From Lama glama (Eukaryota): a stretch of 64,000 nt of DNA. The stretch's first letter is position 1, and every line of letters begins with the position of its first letter. The position numbers and the translations under genes are program-made. Location: the NCBI GenBank assembly GCA_028534125.1, contig CM052817.1, positions 67,024,001-67,088,000 on the forward strand, in the 5' to 3' direction. The notes under the pieces are model-generated. The model saw nothing but the letters and a program-made list of their open reading frames with translations. It did no database searches and was not told the DNA's origin. Shown here one piece after another: positions 13,150 through 25,190 of the stretch.

Positions 13150-13755
13150 TGATGCAGGAAAAATAGATACAGGGCATGAGGAGGGCCATGTCCTAGGCTT
13201 CGGTTGAGCCCCTGGGATGTGCCCCGCCAAGTGTGGGTCCTTGGCAAGAGCGAGCCACATTTGAGTAAAGGTAGATTTATTCAGAGAGGTACATCAAAAG
13301 GCAAGAGAAAAGCCATGAGGTGTGGGGGTTGGGTGCTTAGATTAAAAGTAGATACACACTCCATAGAGTGTGGGCCATCTCCAAAGAGGGAGAGAGGGGG
13401 TGCATCGGCGAGGCACCGTGTTGCCAGTTTTTATGGGGTTAGTGGCTTCATATGCTAGTAAGTGTAAGGACCAGTCTAACTAGTCTGGGGAAGGGGCTGG
13501 GATTCCCAAGAAGTTGGCCATTTCCCACTCTTTGGCCTTTTGTGGCTAGCCTTGGGACTGCCATGGTGCCTGTGGGCAGTTATTTACCATGCTAATGTAT
13601 TACAACGGTGTATAATGAAGCTCCAGGTCTACCAGAAGTTAAATCTCCCATCATCTTGAGCCTCAAGGCCTACTGGGGGTTGAATCTTTCACCATTTTGA
13701 TGTTAATTACTGTGGCAATCCTTGAATGGCTGTGCCCTGCCCCCTTCCTTTTTCA
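13150..13755 (-). mobile_element. Solo LTR, ERV1-like, 606 bp
   Basis: TG...CA termini, exact 4-bp TSD GTGT at 13146-13149 and 13756-13759, minus-strand AATAAA near 13275-13280, GC-rich relative to flanks. Confidence 0.85.
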
Positions 13756-15703
13756 GTGTCTGTATCTGTGCAAATAAAATTATCTTACAATTCAGCACAG
13801 AAAACATTATCACACTGATTCTACCCGACAGAATTATCACCTACAGCAATCAGAAGCATCAGATGGTTGTTCATTTCTACTTTTCTCATTGCTCATATAA
13901 ACAAAATACTTGTGCTAACAGAACCTGCATAAGTAAGATGGGAGAGAGGGATTCATCTGCAACATTTTAGGCCATATTGGATAAAAACTCAATTTTTAAT
14001 CGAAAAATAAGAAACTACAATTTCGGTATTTTTCCCTCACCAATTTTCTTAGATTCCTGGTTAGAGCCAATGCTGATAAAAATCATTAAATACTGACTGA
14101 TTCTTTCAGATTAGAGAATTGAGATAATCATCCTGATTCCTCAGATCTAAAGGGAGGGCTTTTCAGAAACAAAACAGAACTGGGGTTACCTTGTCTTACT
14201 TCCACCATAAACCAAGGTTGCAAATGGGTATTGTTTCCGTCGTTTTCTTTAGCAGAAAAGCTTTGCTGAAAGTCACTTCGTATGAAATGAGAGTGAAACT
14301 TTAGTATTTTCATTAATCATTTAAGATGAAAAGTCCTGAATTGCTTAGGCTTAAAAAAAACTGGCTATGAAAGTCAGAAATAAGAGCGGCAATAGATGGC
14401 ACTAGAAGATCGTAAGTCTCAGAAGCAAAGTCTGGATTTTCGTTTTCTCCTTCAATCTCATTAATACCTGTGACTGCCTTGTATTACTTAATGACAGGAG
14501 GACTGTCCGGGGGTTGGGGGTGGAGCGGGCTGGGGGCGATGGAGAGAGAATCTCAGCTGCCCTGGAAGGGATGCTAATTCCCTTGCTTACTTTTCCTGGA
14601 AGGAATCCTGGAATGTGGTGGGAGGGGCAGGGAGAGCAAATGGCAATTACTACTACAAAGATTCTGCTCAAGGCACAACGTTTAACTGTCCCATTTAGTT
14701 ACAAGTAAAAATAGATAAAGGAATTCTCACCTGGCTTTTATCAAGGATTCCGCTGTTTCATTTGTTTGTGCTGCGAATTGAGGTTTTGCTGTTTCGAGAA
14801 AGCTCAATGAATGTGTTTGTCATCAAAAGAATCATTACCTTTTTTTCATAGACAAATAACCCACAGTCATTTAAAATACACATTTTTCTATTTTTTCTCA
14901 ACAAAGCTGACACAAAGACATTAAAGCCTTTTTTCTCCCTTTCTTTAAACCTAAAATTGAGTCTAGTCTACAGCAATGGATTTATTTTATTTTTTTAATT
15001 TTGCAAACCCTTCAAGGCTGAGCCCCGCCTGCACAAAACTTGCCTTACCCCACCGTGACGAGCCCCACAGCCATGACTCATAGTTAACAGTTGCAGCTTT
15101 TGAAGCACATTCCAGCCCTGCTTTTCCCACAGCTCTCCTAATCCCCTTCACATGGCCATGAAGACAGCCTTTAAATCCAACACAAGATGTTTCTGACATT
15201 TTTTTCAGGCTATAAAAACTACCCCTTGGTCCAAGAGTGAGGAATGATATGTGGATGTTTGGGGAAAATCAGTGGTTATCGTCTCTCCTCTCAGCTTGCT
15301 ACTAAGAAGGATATTTAAAAAAAAAAGAAAGAAAGAAAGAAACTCAGCATTCTGTACAAATATATCCAAAGAAGTATTGGGTTTTCAGTACTGTATTCTC
15401 AATGGCAAGAAAAAATTTTTAAATAGTCAGTTTCTGAAGAGACAGATTTGTTAACTCAGAATTTTTTAAAATGTTCAATGGCTCAAAGAAATAGTGTAGA
15501 ATAGCTCAGCTTTATTTCTTCACTAATAGGATTTGTTTGTTTTCTCTTATTTTATTTGTTTATCTTCCTTTATCAGTGACCAAGAACAGAACTGACCTAA
15601 CATATTAGGTCACATGTGTTAACACATGTGATGTTAAAGAATTTCTATTGCCCGGAATCATCATGGATCATTATCACAGAAATCAGAGATGTGAACTGGA
15701 GGC

Positions 15704-15912
15704 ATCTTCCTCTTTTTCTTCCCTTCCTTCTCCCTCCCTCCCTCCCTTCCACTCTCCTTTGTCTTTTCTTTTCTCTTTTCCTTCCTCCCTTGCTCTTTCC
15801 TTCTCCTCTCTCTCCCTTCCTCATTCCTTTTCCTTCCTCCCTCCCTCTCTGTCTTTCTGGCTTGCTCTCTTCCTTCCTTTTTTCCCTCCCTCCTTTTCTC
15901 TTTCTTTCTCTT
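15704..15912. repeat. Polypyrimidine/polypurine low-complexity tract (CTTC/CCT/CT)n
   Basis: About 200 bp almost entirely C/T on the plus strand. Confidence 0.95.
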
Positions 15913-16839
15913 ATACAGTCCATAAGCATTTTGAATTCATATTCTATTCTAGAAGTTTTTCTCCATATATTTTCTTCTAAATTTTCTAAATGTATAGATA
16001 TGGAGAGAAAATATTCCATATTTGAGATAAACAAGGAAATTAGGATGTTTTTCTGCCTATTTTCCCAGTTCTGTTCGACATCAAGTGTGAAAGGATGGTG
16101 TGACAGAAGTCATCATAACTGAGATGGACTGTCCTTAGCATATTGAATGGCATTAATTATGCATTAATCTGTGAAGAAGTTGAATGGACTGAAAAATCAA
16201 TTTGAGTTATCTATCATTCCTGTGTTAATTTTGGTAGTCTGCCTCTGGAATTTCACTGTGCACAGCAACATTACCTGAGATTTTCTCCACAGATGGATGC
16301 AAGGACCAGATTTCCTGCCGATAATTTCTCTAGGCTAATGACTGGAATTTAAAGTATAAACCGCAGTTTTTCATGTAATAGAATTATGTGGAAAGAAGAC
16401 TGGGTAAGATTTGAACTAGTAGCTATAGAAAATGTAAGCTGTTGAAAAGAGATGTAGAGACACTGGGCTCCTTTTGAAGGAGTAGAGCAGGGATAATATC
16501 ATAATCCCTCTCCTTGTCTTTAATAAAATTCTGACATTTTCTCTCTCAGGTTTCTCGAGGAAAAATCATGTTTTTTTAATAGCGGTAGCCAGTGGCTTCT
16601 TATTATCACTTAGTAAATCCTGAGGACAACTTTTCTTTGCCTTCAATTAGATTTCCCTTTAAAATACCTTCTGTATTAGAAGAGATTTTTAAAAACTATT
16701 TATCCATCTAATAAGGAAGTAGAAAGATTCCCAACAAGATTCATAGGCTCATATCCAGAAAATTTTAAGGATACAGAAACAAACATCCATCCCAGGACAG
16801 ATTTGGTGGTGTACCTCAGTGATTGTCAAGATTTTTACT

Positions 16840-17910
16840 TCTTAGTCACACACTTTTTTTGAGGGGGTCCAGTGTGCCAGATCTTACTCATCTTAGGAAA
16901 CAGTAGAAGCAAGCATAATTCTTGGCACCTTCCTGTCACTAAGAAAAATGATCTATCAATCATGACAAGGTATCAGATCTTAATTCTAATTCTTCCCTTC
17001 CCTAGCTATGAAGCACATTCTTTATTATATCTCACTCTGAGAAATAAAAACAGTAACAAAAATATTCACCTAGTTCTGGATGTGAATGCTTGTATTGTAA
17101 AGGAATGGGCACAGATACTGAATGAGAAAGAAATAAGAACAGTAGCTAGTTGTCATAATTTACAGCTACGAACACGAAGCAGGTTTTTGTGTTATAACTG
17201 GTGGAAAGAATGTGTGCAAAGGAACTAATGGGGGGAAGACTGATTTGAGATGTGGATGGACTGGAAGGCAAGAGATAGTTGTGCAGGTCCTCAGGGAACA
17301 TGCTTAGGAGTTTTATGTTTATGTGAAAAATGATGTGCCTCTATTCATCAGCAGATTTTAAGCATGGAATTGGAATGATTAGACTGAGCTTTAATTATTT
17401 TCTGTTGGAGCAGGGAGTAGTCGTTGGAAGTGGGCAGGGTGACTCCATGGAGGGCAGTTAGGAGGACACCGCAGAAACCCAGAGGAAGGTATTTGTAATT
17501 GGTCTAGGCTGATGGTTACAAAGATTAAAACAGTAACATTATTTAAAAGATAAAATCAAGGAGACATGTGGCAAGTGAAGGAGATTATGACATGGTACAT
17601 TCTGTGTATTGAACTAAAGTTAAGGCATCTAGGTAAAGAAGTTGAGTGAGTCACTGGATATCTGGCCCCATATGTTGGCATTGAAGACTGGGGTGGTGAT
17701 ATAAATTTAGAAGGAGGCAAAATCATACTGGTGATAATTTAAGCCATCAGCATTTATCGGGATATTGACTGGATTAATTACAAAGTTATGTGATAAAAAA
17801 GGGAAATAAGAATTCTGATGTACAATTTATCATAAGAGTTGTATGAGGCAAGAAGAATGGATTGACAGTTCAACTGAGAGTCAAACATGAGGCAGAAAAC
17901 ACCAGAATGT
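16840..17910 (-). mobile_element. L2 LINE fragments
   Basis: Purine-rich antisense L2 motifs (TTTTAAGCATGG...ATGATTAGACTGAGCTTT; GGATATCTGG...ATAAATTTAGAAG). Confidence 0.55.
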
Positions 17911-18269
17911 GTTTTAACAGAGCCATTCTTGTGGCAGATTTATACTAAAAAAGTCCTATGTAAGTGACTTGAAACAGATGTGTGGTTCAAGAACTGTAAC
18001 TTTAGAAGCCCCAGCCAACTTTGGCATGTATCCACACGGGTATGCATTACACTGGAGAGGAAGGCTCCTCTCTGCGTTCTGTGGAGGCTGCAGAATCATC
18101 AACTTTAATGCTCCAAAGTGTCAAAGGATGCTCTTCCAATGTTGGAACTGTATGCTGGATGAGTCAACAACTGTGGCAAATAGGGACTTTCTGAGGACTC
18201 CCTCATTATTCTGCTTGAACATCAAGGCAAAAGAAGAGAGACTTGTGGGGGCTGGGTATTTATGGGCTT

Positions 18270-18690
18270 ATTAGCCAAGACTTTTTCAGTTGTAAATTGC
18301 TAAACTGAAATCAAACCAACTTAAGCAATATGTGGCATTTACTGCTGTATGTCTGTGGCTCACTGGTACACAACATGGCTGGACCCTAAGTCTGGAGTAT
18401 TATCAGGGCCCAGCCTCTCTTTTCATATCATAGATACTCATGTCTCTGATTATTTAAAAAAGAAGTATTTTCTCATAAAATCTCCATAGGAGAAGTCCCA
18501 AGAATGCCTCTGATTGGCCTGGTGTAGATAATATGTCTACCTTCAGCCAGTGACTAGAGGATAAGATGTTGTTCATGCAGGTCTGGTCTTATGCATATTC
18601 CTGTAACCTGGGGAGACATGTCAGCTCCATAGGAAAGGAGTTCTGTCATTCCAAGAAAGGAAAAAGTTTCTCTGGACAGACAGAAAAGAA
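18270..18690 (-). mobile_element. MLT1K/L-like MaLR LTR
   Basis: GACTTTTTCAGTTGTAAATTG...AAACCAACTTAAGC start and CTCTGATTGGCCTGG core. Confidence 0.55.
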
Positions 18691-18694
18691 TTTA

Positions 18695-18966
18695 TGTTCT
18701 TCAAACTGGGATCCTCACCATAGACTACCACCCACACCCCTCCATGCTCTGACGTTGTTTCTCTGTGGTTCTCTTCCACTCCTTTCCAGCCTTCTTGCAG
18801 TTCCTCAAATACTCTAAGGTTATTCTAGGTCCAGACCATTAGATTGCTGTTTCTTTTGTCAAAAGTTTTTTCCCCAGATCTTCTCACAGTAGCACTTCTC
18901 TTGGATTTCAAGTCTTTTCACTGACAATCATTAAAATTAAAAAAAAGAAAATGCCACCAGCCACTC
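18695..18966 (+). mobile_element. L2 fragment (left part of a split copy)
   Basis: CCAGCCTTCTTGCAGTTCCTCAAATACTC...TTGCTGTTTCTTTTG...CCCCAGATCTTC L2 3' region. Confidence 0.6.
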
Positions 18967-19359
18967 ATTTTTTTCACACATTTTATACGGAACAGATAAT
19001 AAAATAGTGTGTACTTTCCTTACAACCAACCAAGTGCTGATATATTACCACTGTAGCTGTAATTCCACATCAAAACTTACCAATAAGAATTGGGCATTTA
19101 GTCTTCACATCATGTGAAGGAGGGCACCCACCTCCACCAGAGGCTCAAGGAAAACGTGGCTCCTAAAGGCTGAGAACGAGAGCCCTGGTGGCAAGGGTCA
19201 GCTGGTGTCTACTCCGCACAGAGCATGTGAACAGAAGGGGCTGTGGTGTGCTGGTCTCCTGTCCGCTCTGTGCTCTTCCTGGGCCACCGGTGTGGCACAT
19301 GACCAGCACCACGATCAGCACCAGAATTGTTATCCCAGTATCCCCTGTCATCCTCAAGG

Positions 19360-19542
19360 ATTACCCTAGGGCAAATTAAGTTACTTATAATTTATTTGTA
19401 TCCTGTCTGTCTCTTTCCCCTAAAATACTTAATTCACAAAACAAGGAAGGGCTGTCTAACTCACTTAATTCTGTATCTGGCACCTTTGTTAGTACCTGTC
19501 ACAAATTGATACATGTTTGTTAAATTGCTGAATAGGAATAAT
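19360..19542 (+). mobile_element. L2 3' end (right part of a split copy)
   Basis: TGTCTGTCTCTTTCCCCTAAAAT...TGTATCTGGCACC...ATGTTTGTTAAATTGCTGAAT tail. Confidence 0.65.
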
Positions 19543-20007
19543 TTACCAAAACATTCATTTTTCTCAACACTTCTAATTTTCACTCCTAAAACTTTGAGAA
19601 AGTTGGCTCGATTCTCTGTTGCAGTTTACTTGGATCTCTATATTGCTGTGATCCCAGTTACCACGTGGAAACCAATCTACATGGAGACCTGTGGCAATGT
19701 CGTTCTTTATGATCAATGTGTTCTGGTGGAGTATTTGTGTGAAATGTGAGCTGTTTTCTCAGCTATTCCCAACGTAGTCAGAAACCTCAGGAAAATATAA
19801 AATGGTGTTATAGTAGATATTTTATATTCTGTTACAAAAACAACTCCTCATGGTACTTTATGAAGATGCAAAACTAGTATTTTGGAAGTGACCTTGTCAT
19901 ATGTCATAGTGAAAATGTCACTTAGGTTATTGTACATATGTACACAGCGTGGAATATAAAAGACAGCATTGCCAGTGCACTTATGTCTGTTTCTCTGTTT
20001 ATACTGA

Positions 20008-20245
20008 TTGTTGGGAGACATTCTCCCCATAGGTCTCTCACAGTTCTGGACATCTGTGTCTGTATTTTCAAGGACATTTCTATAGGCAGAGCAGAGGGCA
20101 GGGCTTGTTGTCCTTTCAGTGTAATAAAAATACAACAAACATTGGGCACATTTCCTTGCAGCCTATTATGAAAGATTGAGGTTTCATAAATTCAGGATTT
20201 CTCAGCTGAGACACAAATCCACCGAGTGCACAAGATCTACCTGGA
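20008..20245 (+). mobile_element. LTR40-like (ERVL) LTR, partial
   Basis: TGTTGGGAGACATTCTCCCCATAGGTCTCTCAC start; TATTTTCAAGGAC; GCAGAGGGCAGG; ATTATGAAAGATTGAGG. Confidence 0.65.
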
Positions 20246-20249
20246 TTCA

Positions 20250-21520
20250 TTTTCAGTTGGTTATTGGCAATATAAAAAGTGCATACACATTTTGGAATTC
20301 GTGTCTTCTTGATTAAATGACCTTTTTATCATCATAAAAGTTTTCTCATCTCTGTAAGATTCTGAAAGATTCTGTCTTACAGTATATGTTTCATCTGACA
20401 TTAACAAGATCACTTCAGCTTTTTTAGGATTAGTGTTTGTTATTGTATATCACTTGCTATACTTTTAAAAAATATTTCTTCATTTTTTATTGAAGTAAAG
20501 TCAGTGACAATGTGTCGATTTCTGATGTGCAGCACAATGTCCCAGTCATGCATATACATACATATATTCATTTTCATATATTTTTTCACTAAAGGTTATT
20601 ACAAGATATTGAACATAGTTCCCTGTGCTATACAGAAGAAACTTTTTAAAATCTATTTTTATATAGAGAGGCTAACATTTACTTGCCATACTTTTAAAGC
20701 GTAATACAAGTCTTATAAATAGCAAATTGTGATTTTCTTTTTTTATGAAAGGGACTATCTCTGTCTATAATTTCAAACGATCAATTCATTCAGTTTTGAT
20801 ATGATTAATTCTATACCTATCATTTCATGACTATTTTTTCTATTTATTTTTATTTTTTCTTGCATTTTTCTCCTTCTTGTCTTTTTTAATGAAAAGTATT
20901 ACATTGTTATTATATTTACTTTAAAAAATCAGTTGCATTTTTTAAATTACAAAATAAAAGAGAAAAAAACTTTATATTTACCCACAAATTTCCATATTTA
21001 GTGCTCTTTTCTCCTTTGGTAAATTTCTTTTTTATTCCTTTTGATTGTCATATGGTATCATTTTTCTTTAGCATGAAGAGCATCCTTTAATATTTCTTGA
21101 AATGCAAATTCTAGCATTCACTCTTTCAGCTTCTTTATCTGAAGATATATATATTTTGCCTTCCTATGTGAAGGATATTTTCACTGAATATAGAATTCTT
21201 GATTGCCATTTTTCTTTTAACACTTTATATATACATATCTTCTTTATATATATCTTCTTATTTTTATCTCATTTGAATTGTCTGATGAGAAGTTAGTGGT
21301 TATTCTTATCACTGTTTTTCCTATCTATATGTGTCATTTTTCTTCATATTCTTTTAATATTATTTCTTCTAGCTTTGATTTTCAGTATTTTAACTGTATT
21401 TATTTGCTTGTTTGTGTTTAACTTTCTGTCTAGTGGACATCTAGTTAACTAGAAGTCTAATTTGATGTTTTTCAAAATATTTGGGAAATTTGTACTCATT
21501 TTCAAATATTACTTATTTTA
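20250..21520 (-). mobile_element. Old L1M antisense fragments (ORF1/ORF2 region), interrupted by a younger L1 tail
   Basis: T-rich antisense L1 motifs such as GAAGGATATTTTCACTGAATATAGAATTCT and TCTGATGAGAAGTTAG. Confidence 0.7.
20467..20680 (-). mobile_element. 5'-truncated lineage-specific L1 3' end with TSD
   Basis: TSD ACTTGC(T/C)ATACTTTT at 20452-20466 and 20681-20695; body near-identical in reverse to 54905-55135. Confidence 0.85.
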
Positions 21521-21569
21521 TTCCACCCACTTTTAAGACAACACATGCGCACACACATACACAGTGCAA

Positions 21570-21690
21570 AATAGGACACCGCATTTACAGAAGTTGGCTT
21601 TACCACTTACCAGCTATGTACCCTGGATCAAGCTGTTTGACTATATTTATCTCAGTTTCTTCATCTATAAGATGGGTAAAATACCAGAAC
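21570..21690 (+). mobile_element. MIR SINE
   Basis: TACCACTTACCAGCTATGTACCCTGG...CTCAGTTTCTTCATCTATAAGATGGG. Confidence 0.75.
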
Positions 21691-21729
21691 TTAAACTTAC
21701 TTAAAATTGAAATTCTATTTAACATGCTC

Positions 21730-21952
21730 ACATTGTACTTACTAGGGCCCAAGGAGTATTCAAATTTCTTTACAAGTCCTAACTCATTTAGTCTTCATAG
21801 CAACCCTAGAGGGTAAATACTGCTATTATTAATCCCATTTAATAAATGAGGTGACTTACCCAAGGCTACACAGGTAGCAAGTGAGACATATGATTTGAAC
21901 TCAGGCATTCTGGCTTCAGAAGTCAGGCTCTTGATTACCATGCCATGCTGCC
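21730..21952 (-). mobile_element. MIR SINE
   Basis: GTGACTTACCCAAGGCTACACAGGTAGCAAGTG...GATTTGAACTCAGGCATTCTGGCTTCAGA. Confidence 0.8.
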
Positions 21953-24277
21953 TGTGGAGTGAGCTAAACACGTGGAACACTTAGAATAATGCCTGTCACG
22001 CTGTTGGTAAGAAATGCATCTCAGCTTTCATTATTAAACTATATATATTTTTAATTGACTGTTGGTTCGTTATTAAAATATGTATTTTTTTAATTGACTG
22101 TATTTGCGTGAAGGCTATCTAAAATTCAGGGAAGATTGGAGTGTTGAGAATTTGAAAGAATTTATGTAATCTAGCAAAACATTTCCTCAGTGCCTTGTGA
22201 GTCATCAGGCTGTAAGAAGGGCAGAGGTGGGGTGCCTCACAGATTTGCGCCTGATCGGAGGCCGGCTGGGTGTGTGCAGTGTGTCTGATGGACAGCTATT
22301 GGTGGTCAGCGCACCACTGTATTTGGCTGGAAGAAGGAACGTAGCCTAGAGTAGGGATTCAAGGGATCTGCAGAAACTCAGGAACTCATTCTTAGGATAT
22401 TTTAAAGTAAAAACAGATTTTTCCAGAGCCAAATGCTATAGCAGAACAATGAATAAAAGCAAGAGAAAGTTGTATTCACAAGTTATTTGGCCATTCCTGT
22501 TTTCCAATAATATCTTTTTCCTTTTTAAAAGTATTTCATCAGATATAAATACATTTGGGTTAAATGGAAACAAACAATTTTAGTACAAAGTATTTGTGGA
22601 AGAAAGAAAACCAGGATAAGAGAACTTAGGTGAAATGTGATTATTCAGGTAATTATTAAAAATGATCACAAAGTCCTCAATTCTAACAATTTCTCTCCTT
22701 TTTTTTCTCGTTCTTTTTCTTACCTACGAAGGTAGGGAAATGGCATTTGGGGAACTTGTAATAAACATATGAACCTCTTGCAACTAACTTGTTTGCATGA
22801 TGATCTCTTACTTATGTTGAGTTTCCTCATGTCTTACGTTATGTGCATTAGATTTGCACTTTGCTTGTCCTTACAAACACCTATGTACTTCAGGAATATT
22901 ATATTTTTCATAAAGAAGGTTTTGCGTTTTGTCTGCAAGCAAAACACGGGTCAAAATCTCCCAGCATCAATGCTGGTGGGACATGGTAAGTGTCCCAGCC
23001 CTTATTTGGGATTTTGAAATTTTAATTTCTCATCTTTCACTAAATTTGGCTTCCTACATTATTTTGGCATAATTGCACTTTTACATGACTACATTTGGCT
23101 TCTTATATGTCATGTGTCTTCATTTATGGAAATTTGCAGTTCCTTCACTTGTAAAACGAGAGAACTTTGATTGAAATAACATCTTCGTATTATCTTTTGG
23201 TGAAGTGATTCTACTTCAGGTCTACCATTCTCTGCCATCTAGATTGTCATCACACTAAGGTTAAATATAGTATCTTCTGCATCTTTTTCTTTACTCGTCT
23301 ATATCATGAGCCATGAGAGATAATCAATAGTTATTCTAGCATATGACCTTGTTTGGAAAACGTTATGGAATAATAAGATGAGAACTTTAGATTCGTTGCA
23401 TGTTGTTTACTATTCTAGCAACTTCCATACCATTCACCTTATAGATATTCCAGGTTAAAGAATTATCAGAGCGATCACAAGCTTAACACATGACAGTTTG
23501 TGTGTGGGGGGAAATTCAGAAATATTTTGTGAACAAATTTTTAATGCTGGTCATGTTTCTTTTTCCTGTATTATCATTTAAAAGAATGAGAATCTTCAAA
23601 CAATAATCTGCAAAGTATTGTATAAGAAGAAATAAAAGGCCACTTTTCACAGATTTTAATTTTTGGCTTCCTGCCAAAATTTCCAAATTTGCAGGTCTAA
23701 AAAGTTACATCATGCTTTTTGGTTTAAAAAAAGTTTGTGTTACAATAAAACTCTTCAAAAGATTTTTCATTCAAGTAATTAAATTAGAACATTTGAGTTT
23801 TTAAACCTCAGCATCACACTGTGTTAATACTCATTTACCCAACTTTAATTCTTATTATATAATTAATCCATTTATTTTCAAGATGCACCCAAAACTTATT
23901 GTGGAACAGTTATTAACAGACTATTATGTGCAAGACTTGCTCTTTTAGGTTTTTACCAGTGTCCTGTCTGCTCATCCCCCTCCCAATTCTCCGCCTGGTA
24001 ACAGATTTTTCTCCTGACTGTGAGGGTAAAGTTATGATTAAGACTAAACCAACAGTATCTCATTCATCTATGACTGATTCAAGAATGGGTACACTACTAA
24101 GTCAATCAAATATGAGACATTCCTTACATCATTTATAATGAGAACTGGTGGGAAAGAGCTTTTTTATCTTTGTTTATGGAGGCATATAGAATAAGCCCAA
24201 ATGCTTTCTATGGCCAAGTTCCCTGCTATATGAAAAAGCTGGTCTTCAATAAAAGCCTGCATCAAAGAATGAGATAT

Positions 24278-24418
24278 GGGGGGAAGGTGTAGCTCAAGTG
24301 GTAGAGTGCATGCTTAGCATGCACGAGGTCATCCCCAGGACCTCCATTAAAAAAATTAAATGAATAAACCGAATTACCTCCCCCGCCAAAAAAACTAAAG
24401 AAAATCTAAACTAAAATT
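24278..24418 (+). mobile_element. tRNA-derived camelid-type SINE (Vic-1-like), B-box deleted
   Basis: GGGGGAAGGTGTAGCTCAAGTGGTAGAGTGCATGCTTAGCATGCACGAGGTC, A-rich tail, flanking TGAGATAT duplication at 24270-24277 and 24419-24426. Confidence 0.85.
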
Positions 24419-25190
24419 TGAGATATGGATGGACAGAGGCTGTATGGCAGTAGAGTTTCTGGTTCTCATTTCAGAAAGGTCATTTGTCTCTCTGTTCTTC
24501 TTGATTATTTCAGTCAGTAACACATCAACTGATTTGCTTAAATTAAATCAATTTAGGATTCTGTCACTAGCAATCCAGAAGTTTTGACTAATTAAAGCAA
24601 ATACATACATGACTGTATTACAAGAAAAATAGGAAGTGTATCTTGTATTCTCAAGCACAGCTCCATACACATGTCAGGAAAGCAGAGAGGGAAATTCTCT
24701 CTTTTTTTCTCATTAAGGATACATTTTAAAAAATTCTCCCCATATGAGCAACATATACGTTAACATCTCTGTTGACTTAATACTTCAGACATGACAAAAA
24801 GATAAAACTTAGTATCAATAATTAACATTACATATTAGCTTCGTATTTTTAAATTTATGAAATACACCTTGACCTTTTTGTTTTCTTTTACTGCATGGTT
24901 TCTGATTTTTATTTATCTCTTCAGTCATTAATATCTCCCCTAAAGTGTGGGTGTGACACTTAAAAGAGATACAGGTCTACTTTGGTCCCTTTGTTACTTA
25001 CTACAAGCTCCAATAAAAGCTTTGGAGCTTGAGAATACTGGATCCAAGGAATGTTTGTGAATAACTATGTATTTCTGCTCTTCATGTACTTGATTACAAT
25101 GGGAAATTGAGAGTAGGCAGACCTTTAGGATTGTGGGTTTTGATGGGAAATTTTCCTACTCCCAAGATATTCAATGCCTTCATAGTGGAA

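Noticed and set aside
15616..16122. Overlapping 110-168 aa ORFs rich in L/P/S/F or R/K/E/G
   Set aside because: Produced by the CT-rich low-complexity tract, which lacks stop codons
22280..22315. Possible REST/RE1 site (GGACAGC)
   Set aside because: Only a half site; the TCAGCACC half is not present in canonical order or spacing
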